This document shows, piece by piece, positions 29,424 to 39,957 of a DNA stretch of 64,000 nucleotides. A program made the translations under genes and the position numbers. The DNA lies in the NCBI GenBank assembly GCA_028342535.1, contig JAOLWQ010000002.1, positions 33,484 to 97,483 on the forward strand, read 5' to 3'. The DNA comes from Methylophilaceae bacterium. Its GTDB lineage: Bacteria; Pseudomonadota; Gammaproteobacteria; Burkholderiales; Methylophilaceae. The notes under the pieces are model-generated. The model saw only the letters and a list, made by a program, of their open reading frames with translations, did not search any database and was not told the origin of the DNA. Each line of letters starts with the position of its first letter. The first letter of the stretch is position 1.

Positions 29424-30277
29424 TGGCTAAAATTAAAAGAGATTTATATTTTATTGGTTTTGGCAATATGGCACAGGCTATTTACCAAAGGATGGACCAA
29501 AGTGTCTACGAAAATATTTTTCTTGTTGAAAAAAGTAGTCAAAGAATCAAAGAAATTAAAAAGATGGACTCAATTGGTTCAGGTGAGTTCTGTCTGAGTC
29601 ATCATACTAAAATAATTAAAAAATTAAGTAAGAATAAGGTCACTGACTTTGATATTATTTTAATAGCAGTAAAGCCTACTCAAATAAAATCTGTATGCAT
29701 TCAAATAAAAGGTTTGACTAAATCACCATTTGTAATTTCAATTGCTGCGGGAGTTAATACATCAAAGATTACAAAATATTTAGATTACTCCACAGACCGA
29801 ATTGCCCGAACAATGCCAAATTTATGTGCAAAAAAGGGTATGGCAATAACGGGTATTTTTTATAATGGTAGAAATAACTCAATAAAGAAAACTACTCATG
29901 GCTCCATGATCTCTAAAATTTTTACATCAATTGGACAAGTTTTATGGGTGGAACAGGAATCAGATCTTAATTCTATCACTGCCATTTCAGGTAGTGGGCC
30001 CGCATACATTTATTACATCATGAATGCAATGATTGATGCTGCTGTGGAAATTGGTTTAAAAAGAAGTGATGCACAAAGATTGGTTGTACAAACAATTATT
30101 GGGGCTGGTGAAACAGGTAAAGATATTGATAATCTTGGAAGTGAAATTATTAAAGTCTCCTCAAAAGGCGGTACAACTGAAAAAGCTATTAGTATTTTCA
30201 AACAAAAAAAATTAGATACGATTATTAAGCAGGCGGTAAAAGCTGCGTATAAAAGATCTAAAGAACTTAGTAAATAA
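29423..30277 (+). CDS. proC: Pyrroline-5-carboxylate reductase
   Basis: 284 aa. N-terminal Rossmann motif FIGFGNMAQAI and the C-terminal SSKGGTTEKAI motif. Conserved yggS-proC pairing. Confidence 0.85.
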   Translation: MAKIKRDLYFIGFGNMAQAIYQRMDQSVYENIFLVEKSSQRIKEIKKMDSIGSGEFCLSHHTKIIKKLSKNKVTDFDIILIAVKPTQIKSVCIQIKGLTKSPFVISIAAGVNTSKITKYLDYSTDRIARTMPNLCAKKGMAITGIFYNGRNNSIKKTTHGSMISKIFTSIGQVLWVEQESDLNSITAISGSGPAYIYYIMNAMIDAAVEIGLKRSDAQRLVVQTIIGAGETGKDIDNLGSEIIKVSSKGGTTEKAISIFKQKKLDTIIKQAVKAAYKRSKELSK

Positions 30278-30283
30278 TAAGAT

Positions 30284-31384
30284 ATGAATAAAAATATTGT
30301 TGTAGGTCTCTCTGGTGGGGTCGATTCAGCCGTCACAGCATGGCTCCTTAAAGAAGAAGGATATAAAGTTACTGGTCTTTTCATGCAAAATTGGGAAGAC
30401 GACAATAATGATGAGTATTGCACAAGTAAGCAAGATTTAATCGATGCAGTTTCTGTTGCAGAAAAAATTGGTATTGATATTGAAGTTGTTAATTTTGCAA
30501 AAGAATATAAAGAAAAAGTATTTTCTTTATTTATTAATGGATTAGAAAATGGCATCACTCCAAATCCAGATATTTTATGCAATTCAGAAATTAAATTTAA
30601 TGCTTTTCTTAATCATGCAATAGAAATGGGTGCTAATAAGATAGCAACCGGCCATTATGCAAAAGTTCAAGAAGTTGATGGTCTTTTCAAATTATTAAAA
30701 GGTGATGATGGAACAAAGGATCAGAGCTATTTTTTGTATAGACTTAATCAGGCTCAACTTTCACGCTCAATATTTCCGCTTGGTCATTTATTAAAATCTG
30801 ATGTTAGGAATATAGCAAAAGATAACGGATTACATAACTATGCTAGAAAAGACTCAACTGGTATATGCTTTATTGGTGAAAGGCCATTTGCTGAATTTCT
30901 CAGTGGGTATATTAAAAAAAATTTAGGGGACATTAAAGACTTAAATGGAAACATTCTTGGTCAACATGATGGTATTAATTTTTATACTATAGGACAGAGG
31001 CAAGGTTTAAAAATTGGTGGTTTGAAATCTGGAAATGGGGCTCCATGGTTTGTGGTAGATAAAAAAATTAAGGAAAATGAAATAATTGTAGGCCAAGGTC
31101 ATGAGCACCCTCTCCTATTTAAGGATGGTCTAATTGCAAATGACTTTCACTGGATTTTAAATAAAGAACCCAGAACTAATTGGGTATACTCGGCCAAAAC
31201 CCGTTACAGACAAAATGATGACCCATGTGAAATTGATGAAATAAATGATAAAGAGTTTAATATAATTTTTGGTCAAAAACAAAGGGCCATAACACCAGGA
31301 CAATCAGTTGTGGTTTACGAAAGCAATGTTTGCTTAGGTGGGGGAATAATTAAAGAGCCAATTAATCAAGAATTAAATGTATGA
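30284..31384 (+). CDS. mnmA: tRNA 2-thiouridine(34) synthase
   Basis: 366 aa. PP-loop [23 protein letters not shown]. Confidence 0.93.
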   Translation: MNKNIVVGLSGGVDSAVTAWLLKEEGYKVTGLFMQNWEDDNNDEYCTSKQDLIDAVSVAEKIGIDIEVVNFAKEYKEKVFSLFINGLENGITPNPDILCNSEIKFNAFLNHAIEMGANKIATGHYAKVQEVDGLFKLLKGDDGTKDQSYFLYRLNQAQLSRSIFPLGHLLKSDVRNIAKDNGLHNYARKDSTGICFIGERPFAEFLSGYIKKNLGDIKDLNGNILGQHDGINFYTIGQRQGLKIGGLKSGNGAPWFVVDKKIKENEIIVGQGHEHPLLFKDGLIANDFHWILNKEPRTNWVYSAKTRYRQNDDPCEIDEINDKEFNIIFGQKQRAITPGQSVVVYESNVCLGGGIIKEPINQELNV

Positions 31385-32247
31385 ACAAAAATAAGAAATT
31401 AACATTCAATAAAAAATTATTGCAAGAAGCAATTAAGATTAATGTAACAGCTGCTATTAATGAAGACTTGAAAAAAATTGATAAAACTTCAGAGATACTA
31501 CCAGCCAAAACTATAGGACTTGCAAAAATTCAGGTCAAACAAGTTGCGATATTATGTGGTTCTCCATGGGTTGATTATTGCTTCCATCAAATAGATAAAA
31601 ATATACGGGTTATTTGGCATTTCAAGGAGGGTTCCAAAATACAAACTGGTGACCAGATTTGTACGATTTCGGGCAACTACAATCGCATTTTAATGGGTGA
31701 GCGAATAGCTATAAATTTTCTTCAAACCCTTTCTGGAACAGCATCAACTTCTAACCTGATGAATTTAAAAATTAAAAGGTATAAGGCTCAACTATTTGAC
31801 ACAAGAAAAACAATTCCTGGGCTTAGAGTAGCCCAAAAATATGCTGTTCAAATAGGGGGCGCATTTAATCAAAGATTCGGCCTTTATGACAAAGTTTTAA
31901 TTAAAGAAAATCATATAAAATCAATTGGGAGCATATCCCAAATACTTAAAATAGCTAAAAAAAAATACTCTTTAAAAGATGTTCAAATTGAAGTTGAGAC
32001 TTTTAAAGAGTTTAAAGAGGCTTTAGAATTCGGTGCCACAAACATTTTATTAGATAATTTTTCACTAGAAGGGCTCACGAAGGCAGTTCAAATTAATAAA
32101 AAGAAAGCTGTGTTAGAAGCATCTGGCAATATTGATATCAATAATATTATTGATTTCGCAAAAACTAAGGTGGATAGAATTTCAATAGGCGCCCTTACAA
32201 AAAATATTAAAGCAGTAGATTTTTCTATGTCTATTAAGATTAAATAA
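31381..32247 (+). CDS. nadC: Nicotinate-nucleotide diphosphorylase (quinolinate phosphoribosyltransferase)
   Basis: 288 aa. [26 protein letters not shown]. Confidence 0.88.
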   Translation: MNKNKKLTFNKKLLQEAIKINVTAAINEDLKKIDKTSEILPAKTIGLAKIQVKQVAILCGSPWVDYCFHQIDKNIRVIWHFKEGSKIQTGDQICTISGNYNRILMGERIAINFLQTLSGTASTSNLMNLKIKRYKAQLFDTRKTIPGLRVAQKYAVQIGGAFNQRFGLYDKVLIKENHIKSIGSISQILKIAKKKYSLKDVQIEVETFKEFKEALEFGATNILLDNFSLEGLTKAVQINKKKAVLEASGNIDINNIIDFAKTKVDRISIGALTKNIKAVDFSMSIKIK

Positions 32248-32318
32248 GCTTAGTTAAGCTTGACGAGAGCCTTGCATAAAGGGTATTGTAGAGCTTTTAT
32301 GAAATCTTAATTTATTCA

Positions 32319-34040
32319 ATGAAACCTGAAATTATCACTGGCGCTGAAATTACCATTCGCTCCTTACAAGAAGAAAATGTTGAATTCGTTTTTGGCTACC
32401 CTGGTGGTGCCGTTTTAAATATTTACGACGCTATTCATCAACAAACTGCATTTAAACATGTATTAGTTCGCCATGAGCAAGCAGCTGTTCATGCTGCAGA
32501 TGCATTTTCTAGAGCTACAGGAAAGGTAGGCGTTGCGTTGGTTACATCTGGTCCAGGTGCTACAAACGCAGTGACGGGAATTGCTACAGCTCACATGGAC
32601 TCGATACCAATAGTTATTATAAGTGGTCAGGTTCCAACTCATGCTATTGGCTCAGATGCCTTCCAAGAATGCGATACTGTCGGAATTACAAGGCCTTGCG
32701 TTAAACATAATTTCTTAGTTAAAGATGTGAACAAAATTGCGAGCACAATTAAAAAAGCATTTTTTATTGCCTCTACAGGTCGACCTGGTCCTGTTTTGGT
32801 CGATATTCCAAAGGATATTACCTCTGAGACCGCAGAATTTATCTACCCAAAAACTATTGAAATGCGGTCTTATAAACCAATTATAAAGGGACATTCAGGT
32901 CAAATTGGCAAAGCTATTGATCTTCTCATTAACGCCAAACAACCTATGGTATATTCTGGAGGTGGTGCAGTTCTTGGCGATGCAGCAAAATCTCTCACAA
33001 AATTAATTAAAAAATTAGATCTTCCAATTACCAACACTTTAATGGGTCTTGGTGGCTTTCCTGCATCAGATGAAAATTTTCTTGGTATGCTTGGAATGCA
33101 TGGGACTTATCAAGCCAATATGGCTATGCAAGAATGTGATGTTTTATTAGCAGTTGGAGCTCGTTTTGACGATCGAGTAATTAGTAATCCTGAGCACTTT
33201 TTAAAGAACCCAAAAAAAATTATTCATATTGATATTGATCCTGCTTCTATTTCTAAAAGGGTTAAGATAGATATTCCTATCGTTGGAGATGTTGATTTAG
33301 TCTTAATTGATCTTCTAAAAGCTTATCAAGAAGTAGAAAAAAATCATAACAAAAAGCTTATCTCCCCATGGATGGAAAAAATAAAAAATTGGACTGACAC
33401 CGATTGTATGAAATACAAAGATGATGGTTCTGTCATAAAGCCACAGTTCGTTGTACAAAAATTACATGAAGTAACAAAAGGTGACGCATTTATTACTTCT
33501 GACGTTGGTCAACATCAAATGTGGGCTGCTCAATACTACCCCTTTGATAAACCGAGAAGGTGGATTAATTCTGGTGGGCTCGGAACCATGGGGGTTGGCT
33601 TACCATACGCAATGGGTTGTCAGCTTGCTTTTCCTGAATCACAAGTTGCTTGCGTCACAGGTGAAGCTTCAATTCAAATGTGTATTCAGGAGCTTTCTAC
33701 ATGTAAACAATACAATCTTCCAATTAAGATCATTACTCTCAACAATCGCTATATGGGTATGGTTAGGCAATGGCAAGAATTTTTTTATGGCAATAGATAT
33801 GCTGAGTCATATGTAGATGCCCTTCCCGACTTTGTAAAACTTGCAGAATCTTATGGGCATATTGGTATGAAAATAGAAAAGTCTTCAGATGTGGAAGGCG
33901 CTTTACAAGAAGCTTTTAGCCCAAAACTAAAAGAACGTTTAGTCTTTATGGATTTTATAACTGATCAAACTGAAAATGTATTTCCAATGATCCCAAGCGG
34001 CAAAGGACTTTCTGAAATGATTTTAGCTAAGGATGAGTAA
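32319..34040 (+). CDS. ilvI: Acetolactate synthase large subunit
   Basis: 573 aa. ThDP enzyme with GYPGGAVLNIYDA and GGLGTMGVGLPYAMG. Confidence 0.95.
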   Translation: MKPEIITGAEITIRSLQEENVEFVFGYPGGAVLNIYDAIHQQTAFKHVLVRHEQAAVHAADAFSRATGKVGVALVTSGPGATNAVTGIATAHMDSIPIVIISGQVPTHAIGSDAFQECDTVGITRPCVKHNFLVKDVNKIASTIKKAFFIASTGRPGPVLVDIPKDITSETAEFIYPKTIEMRSYKPIIKGHSGQIGKAIDLLINAKQPMVYSGGGAVLGDAAKSLTKLIKKLDLPITNTLMGLGGFPASDENFLGMLGMHGTYQANMAMQECDVLLAVGARFDDRVISNPEHFLKNPKKIIHIDIDPASISKRVKIDIPIVGDVDLVLIDLLKAYQEVEKNHNKKLISPWMEKIKNWTDTDCMKYKDDGSVIKPQFVVQKLHEVTKGDAFITSDVGQHQMWAAQYYPFDKPRRWINSGGLGTMGVGLPYAMGCQLAFPESQVACVTGEASIQMCIQELSTCKQYNLPIKIITLNNRYMGMVRQWQEFFYGNRYAESYVDALPDFVKLAESYGHIGMKIEKSSDVEGALQEAFSPKLKERLVFMDFITDQTENVFPMIPSGKGLSEMILAKDE

Positions 34041-34538
34041 ATGAGGCATATAATTTCACTTTTGATGGAAAACGAATCAGGGGCGCTCTCACGCGTGTCT
34101 GGATTATTTTCAGCTAGAGGATATAATATCGAATCATTAAATGTGGCCCCTACAGAAGATCCAACCTTATCAAGAATGACTATTGTTACAAACGGTTCAG
34201 ATGAAGTCATTGAACAAATAATTAAGCAGTTAAATAAACTTATTGATGTTGTAAAAGTCCTTGATCTAAATGATGGCAGACATATTGAGCGAGAATTAAT
34301 GATAGTAAAAGTCAAGGCTACAAATAAATATCGAGATGAAGTAAAAAGAATTAGCGACACATTTGGTGGAAGAATTATTGAAACGGCTGAGACAACATTT
34401 ACTATTGAGCTCACAGGTCCATCTAGTGAGTTAGATGATTATCTTGCTAGTTTGGATAAGACAGCGATAATTGAAACTGTTCGAACTGGAGCATTAGGAA
34501 TTGGGCGTGGAGATAGAATACTTAAAATACAATATTAA
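34041..34538 (+). CDS. ilvH: Acetolactate synthase small (regulatory) subunit
   Basis: 165 aa. ACT domain ISLLMENESGALSRVSGLFSARGYNIESL. Confidence 0.93.
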   Translation: MRHIISLLMENESGALSRVSGLFSARGYNIESLNVAPTEDPTLSRMTIVTNGSDEVIEQIIKQLNKLIDVVKVLDLNDGRHIERELMIVKVKATNKYRDEVKRISDTFGGRIIETAETTFTIELTGPSSELDDYLASLDKTAIIETVRTGALGIGRGDRILKIQY

Positions 34539-35546
<1,008 letters not shown>

Positions 35547-36191
35547 TTGAAAACTAATCTTACCTATCCAATTATAGCAAAAGAAGGCTGGTTATTTCTT
35601 GGGCTTTCAGTTGTCGCTAGCTTAGCTACCACTCTTTGGTGTCCAACAGCATCAATACCTCTATGGATAATATCTTTATTTATTTTACAATTTTTTCGAG
35701 ATCCAATTCGACCAATACCTAAAGATAAGAATTTGATAGTATCAGCCGCGGATGGACGTGTCATTTCAATTGAGAAAACAACTGATCCTTATAAGAAAAG
35801 AAAGGCGATAAAGGTTAGTGTTTTCATGAATGTTTTCAATGTTCATTCAAATAAAGCACCAGTTTCTGGACAGATTATTAACAAATGGTATTATCCTGGA
35901 AAATTTTTTAATGCTTCTTTATCTAAAGCCTCATCAGAAAATGAACGTTGTGCACTATTGATAGAAACAGAAGATAAACAATTAATAACTTGTGTCCAGA
36001 TTGCTGGGCTAATTGCACGTAGAATTTTATGTTACAAAGAAGCCGGCAGTAATCTTTTAAAAGGTGAGCGATATGGATTTATTCGATTTGGGTCCCGAGT
36101 AGATTTATATTTGCCAGAGAATGCAAAAATTAACGTAACCCTTGGTCAAAAAGTTAAAAGCTGCCAATCAGTCATAGCTGAATTATATTAG
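35547..36191 (+). CDS. psd: Phosphatidylserine decarboxylase proenzyme (short type)
   Basis: 214 aa. FGSRVD self-cleavage motif and two N-terminal TM helices. TTG start immediately after the ilvC stop. Confidence 0.85.
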   Translation: MKTNLTYPIIAKEGWLFLGLSVVASLATTLWCPTASIPLWIISLFILQFFRDPIRPIPKDKNLIVSAADGRVISIEKTTDPYKKRKAIKVSVFMNVFNVHSNKAPVSGQIINKWYYPGKFFNASLSKASSENERCALLIETEDKQLITCVQIAGLIARRILCYKEAGSNLLKGERYGFIRFGSRVDLYLPENAKINVTLGQKVKSCQSVIAELY

Positions 36192-36664
36192 TTTTTACGA
36201 AGATAGATTGATAATTCACTCAAAGCTTTCTCATAAACTTCTCTTTTAAAATCAATAACTTTATCCAATGAGGACCAAAAATCATCCCATCGCCATGAAT
36301 CGAATTCCGGCTTTTCAGAGTTATTTAATATAATGTCAGAATCTTTACCAGTAAATTTCAATAAAAACCATATTTGTTTTTGTCCTTTATAGCGCGAGTA
36401 ACCGTCTCGCCTAATCCATTGCTTTGGGACGTCGTATCTTAGCCAGTTCTTTGTTTTCCCAATGACCTCTACATGATCTCGACTTAAGCCCACTTCTTCC
36501 ATTAATTCTCGATACATTGCCTCCTCAAGACTTTCTCCTTCATCTATACCTCCCTGAGGAAATTGCCAAGCATCTTCAGCCACTCTTTTTGCCCATAAAA
36601 CTTTGTTATTATCATTTAAAATAACAATAGCAACATTAGGTCTATATCCTTCTTGATCAATCAT
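36188..36664 (-). CDS. rppH: RNA pyrophosphohydrolase (Nudix)
   Basis: MIDQEGYRPNVAIVILN matches the RppH N-terminus. Nudix box GGIDEGESLEEAMYRELMEEVG. I use the internal ATG at 36664 rather than the ORF-track start at 36700. Confidence 0.9.
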   Translation of the reverse strand: MIDQEGYRPNVAIVILNDNNKVLWAKRVAEDAWQFPQGGIDEGESLEEAMYRELMEEVGLSRDHVEVIGKTKNWLRYDVPKQWIRRDGYSRYKGQKQIWFLLKFTGKDSDIILNNSEKPEFDSWRWDDFWSSLDKVIDFKREVYEKALSELSIYLRKN

Positions 36665-36730
36665 AATGTTATCCTTAATATATGTTCTATTTTTCCACAA
36701 ACAAAAATTTATTAATAGCTTGATTTTAAT

Positions 36731-37690
36731 ATGATTAATCGAAATAAAAAAATTATTGTAGTTTTGTTAATAAGCTTGTCTTTGTCATTAATTTATTATT
36801 ATAGTAATTACTACAAAACTCATCCTAAAGCTTATATTACTAATCAAGGAGATAATACTGTTTCTGTAGTTGACCTTGTTGATCTTGAGGTAATAAAAAC
36901 TATAAAAGTTGGTATTGCTCCACTTGGAATTACAATTTTAAATAAAAAAAATCTTGGATTCATAGGTAATGTTGGAACTGATGATGTTTCTGTAATCGAT
37001 ACACGAACAGATCAGATTATTAAAACAATTAAATTAAATACTGCCCCCTTAAGCATAACTTCTAGCCCTGATGAATCAAAAGTGTATGTAACTGATTGGT
37101 TTAAAAATAATATTCTAGTCATATCCGTTAAGGAAATGAAAGTGATAGATTCTTTTAAAGTTGGGGCAACACCATCGGGCGTAGTATTTAATAAGAAATA
37201 TAAGTATCTAATAGTGACTAATAGAGATTCTAATACTGTTGAGGTATACAATAAAAAAAATAAGCTGATTACAAAGTTACCTACAGGTAAACATCCATTT
37301 GGGGTTCACACTAAAGGGCAATATGCTTACACTGCAAATGTATACGATGATTCAATAACAATTATTAACCTAGAAGATTGGACTACTAAAGTAATTAAAG
37401 TTGGTGCACACCCTTACAATGTATTAACTCACCAGAATCTTGGTTTTGTAACAAATACGGTTGATGACTCATTAAGTGTTATCGACCTAAAAATTGGTAA
37501 AGAAATAAAACAAATATACACTGGTGAAACTCCTGAAAATTTAGATGTACATCGAAAATTAAATTTACTTGTAGTTACAAACTGGGGAAGCGATTCAATT
37601 TCTGTGTTTTCTCTTAAAAATTTAAAGCTAATAAAGGAAATAAAAACAGGAGCTCAAAGCCGATCTTTTGGTGAATTTATACTACAGTAA
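36731..37690 (+). CDS. YVTN-family beta-propeller repeat protein, exported or membrane-anchored
   Basis: 319 aa. N-terminal hydrophobic anchor/signal. About seven ~40-aa repeats of the form Y(V/I)TN..(D/S).(V/I)SV(I/V)D......I..I.VG..P. Confidence 0.75.
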   Translation: MINRNKKIIVVLLISLSLSLIYYYSNYYKTHPKAYITNQGDNTVSVVDLVDLEVIKTIKVGIAPLGITILNKKNLGFIGNVGTDDVSVIDTRTDQIIKTIKLNTAPLSITSSPDESKVYVTDWFKNNILVISVKEMKVIDSFKVGATPSGVVFNKKYKYLIVTNRDSNTVEVYNKKNKLITKLPTGKHPFGVHTKGQYAYTANVYDDSITIINLEDWTTKVIKVGAHPYNVLTHQNLGFVTNTVDDSLSVIDLKIGKEIKQIYTGETPENLDVHRKLNLLVVTNWGSDSISVFSLKNLKLIKEIKTGAQSRSFGEFILQ

Positions 37691-37742
37691 AGTTTTTATA
37701 GTAATATGTTCAATTGATTTTAACTAACAAAGGATTTAACAG

Positions 37743-38177
37743 ATGAGAAAATTTATTTTAGCTCTTACGTCACTAATGTTTTCCATGTCGATTTTTGCGC
37801 ATGGCCCAACACCTCAAAAAGTTCAAGAATCAATCACTGTAAATATTGCCCCTGCTAAAGCATGGTCGGTTGTAAAAAACTTTACAGACTTTAACAAGAT
37901 TATGAAAACAAGGTCTTTTGATGATGAGATAATGAAAATAAAATATGAGATGTTAAAAAAAGATGGCCCTTTTTCTGATTATAACGCTTATATTATCGTC
38001 AAAAAAGGTGCTAATGATAATGAGTCAGTTATTCAATGGACTGCAAGATTTTATAGGACTTATAAGCTAAACCCTCCAATTCCTGAAGGGCAAGACGATG
38101 CAACTGCCGTTGCAGCTGTTAAAAAAATAGTTGAGCCAGGACTTGCTAGCCTAAAAAAAGCTCTACAATCGAAATAA
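37743..38177 (+). CDS. Periplasmic SRPBCC-fold protein, MxaD-like
   Basis: 144 aa. Signal peptide ending SIFA/HGPTPQKV. The mature N-terminus HGPTPQKVQESITVNIAPAKAWSVVKNFTDF resembles MxaD/polyketide_cyc2-type proteins, from memory of that family only. Confidence 0.5.
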   Translation: MRKFILALTSLMFSMSIFAHGPTPQKVQESITVNIAPAKAWSVVKNFTDFNKIMKTRSFDDEIMKIKYEMLKKDGPFSDYNAYIIVKKGANDNESVIQWTARFYRTYKLNPPIPEGQDDATAVAAVKKIVEPGLASLKKALQSK

Positions 38178-38195
38178 TTTATTAACTCTTTAAAG

Positions 38196-38218
38196 GCGGA
38201 TTATTAAATCCGCTTTTA
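38196..38218 (+). terminator. Rho-independent terminator
   Basis: GCGGATT-atta-AATCCGC followed by TTTTATT. Lies immediately before the next ATG (38221). Confidence 0.65.
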
Positions 38219-38220
38219 TT

Positions 38221-38850
38221 ATGATTATAATCAATCCACAAAAAAATCCTAAAGCATTAGTAGTCTGGCTTCATGGTCTTGGAGCGGATGAAAATGACTT
38301 TGTACCATTCATTAAAAGTCTAGAACTTGATAATACTGAATTTATTCTACCTAATGCTCCCTTAAGGCCAATAACTATGAACCAAGGTCTTTCAATGAGA
38401 GGTTGGTATGACATCAAAGGCACACACAATTCTCTTAATTTTTCTTATCAGGATGAGAGCGGCTTAATAAAATCTAAAGCTCTTATTGAGGCTATAATCA
38501 AAAAAAGATGCGCACTATGCAGTTCAAGTTTTAAAGTATTTATTGGAGGCTTCTCTCAGGGGGCGGCCTTATCATTATTCACTGGGTTATCATCAAATCT
38601 TAAAATTAGTGGGATTATTGCCTTATCTGGCTACCTGCCAAAAAACATAAAGCATTCAGGCCCTGAAGATCCACCGATAATTGCAATTCATGGTGAGGGT
38701 GATGATATCATTACTTTAAATATAGCTAAAAATAGTTATTTAGAAATTCAGAAATCAAAAGATTTCTTATTTAAATCCTATAATATTGCTCATGAAGTAA
38801 TATATGAGGAAATTATAGATGTTAAAAACTTCTTAATTAAGAATATATAA
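38221..38850 (+). CDS. Alpha/beta-hydrolase carboxylesterase / phospholipase family protein
   Basis: 209 aa. Nucleophile elbow GFSQGAA, HG..D, and a C-terminal His (AHEV). Confidence 0.8.
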   Translation: MIIINPQKNPKALVVWLHGLGADENDFVPFIKSLELDNTEFILPNAPLRPITMNQGLSMRGWYDIKGTHNSLNFSYQDESGLIKSKALIEAIIKKRCALCSSSFKVFIGGFSQGAALSLFTGLSSNLKISGIIALSGYLPKNIKHSGPEDPPIIAIHGEGDDIITLNIAKNSYLEIQKSKDFLFKSYNIAHEVIYEEIIDVKNFLIKNI

Positions 38851-38852
38851 TC

Positions 38853-39074
38853 ATGGCCAAAGAAAATATAAATATAGAAAAAGTATTAAAAGAGTTGGAA
38901 TCTATTGTCGTAAAAATGGAAGATGACAGTTTAAATCTAGAAGACTCTCTAAAATCTTACGAAAAAGGAATAACTCTTGTTAAGTCAGCTCAAGAATCAC
39001 TTAAGAAAATTGAGCAGCGTGTTCAAATTCTTTCTCAAAAAAATGAATTAGAAGATTTTAACCCTGATGACTGA
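38853..39074 (+). CDS. xseB: Exodeoxyribonuclease VII small subunit
   Basis: 73 aa helical protein (LEDSLKSYEKGI.L). Conserved xseB-ispA-dxs order. Confidence 0.85.
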   Translation: MAKENINIEKVLKELESIVVKMEDDSLNLEDSLKSYEKGITLVKSAQESLKKIEQRVQILSQKNELEDFNPDD

Positions 39075-39957
39075 TGATTTTAGCTTGTGGGTTAATTCGC
39101 ATCATAAAAGAATAGAAAGTTTCATGATGCAAATTTTGAAGGAAGAATCTTCTAATTCCTTAATCCATGAGGTGTGTAGTTATGGTTCTATAAATGGTGG
39201 CAAGAGATTTCGAGCATTACTAAGCTATGCCATTGGTGAAATTACGCAAACTGATAAACTAATTATTGATCACATAGCTTCATCAATAGAATTCATTCAC
39301 GCTTATTCGCTAATTCATGATGATCTTCCAGCAATGGATAATGATGATTTAAGGCGAGGCAAGCCGACATGTCATATAAAATTTAACGAAGCTCAAGCTA
39401 TTCTTGCTGGAGATGGCCTTCAATCTTTAGCCTTTCATATACTATCACTATCAAGCTTCTTAATTAATGATCAAAAAAAACTGAAGTTAATTAACTCCCT
39501 ATCCAACACAATAGGTATTAATGGTATGGTAAAAGGTCAATCTTTAGATATTGAAAATACATTAAAAATTGGTGAAATTAAAGGCTTGGAGAAATTACAA
39601 GAATTAAAAACAGGGTTATTATTTAATTTTATTGGGTCAGCAACATGCCTTGTGTCAGATAATCATTCTAAAAAAATGAATATAAAAATTACTAATTTAT
39701 GTGCGCTATTAGGGAAAGTTTATCAAATAACAGATGATATTCTCGACTATGAATCTAATGATAAAATTTTAGGTAAAACTAGTGGCAAGGATAGAAAAGA
39801 TAATAAGCTTACATATGTTTCTCTTCTAGGCATCAATGAGGCGAAAAAAATTAATAGTAAATATTTCGATGACATCAAAGAAATAATTAACTCAATCTCT
39901 GGAAATACTATATTTTTGAATGAATTAATTTTGAAAATTTATCAACGAGCTCACTAA
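39067..39957 (+). CDS. ispA: (2E,6E)-farnesyl diphosphate synthase
   Basis: 296 aa. First DDxxD block HAYSLIHDDLPAMDNDDLRRGKPT and second block ITDDILD. Confidence 0.9.
   Translation: MTDDFSLWVNSHHKRIESFMMQILKEESSNSLIHEVCSYGSINGGKRFRALLSYAIGEITQTDKLIIDHIASSIEFIHAYSLIHDDLPAMDNDDLRRGKPTCHIKFNEAQAILAGDGLQSLAFHILSLSSFLINDQKKLKLINSLSNTIGINGMVKGQSLDIENTLKIGEIKGLEKLQELKTGLLFNFIGSATCLVSDNHSKKMNIKITNLCALLGKVYQITDDILDYESNDKILGKTSGKDRKDNKLTYVSLLGINEAKKINSKYFDDIKEIINSISGNTIFLNELILKIYQRAH

Noticed and set aside
30013-30582. 189-aa minus-strand ORF spanning the proC/mnmA junction
   Set aside because: It is antisense to two well-supported genes with strong family motifs. It has a Ser/Leu/Ile-rich composition typical of antisense frames in AT-rich DNA and no recognisable motifs.
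32248-32318. Possible ilv leader peptide or attenuator upstream of ilvI
   Set aside because: The only upstream mini-ORF is ATG-AAA-TCT-TAA (3 codons), with no Ile/Leu/Val run and no terminator/antiterminator hairpins. A TTGACG...TATTGT promoter-like pair is all that is visible.
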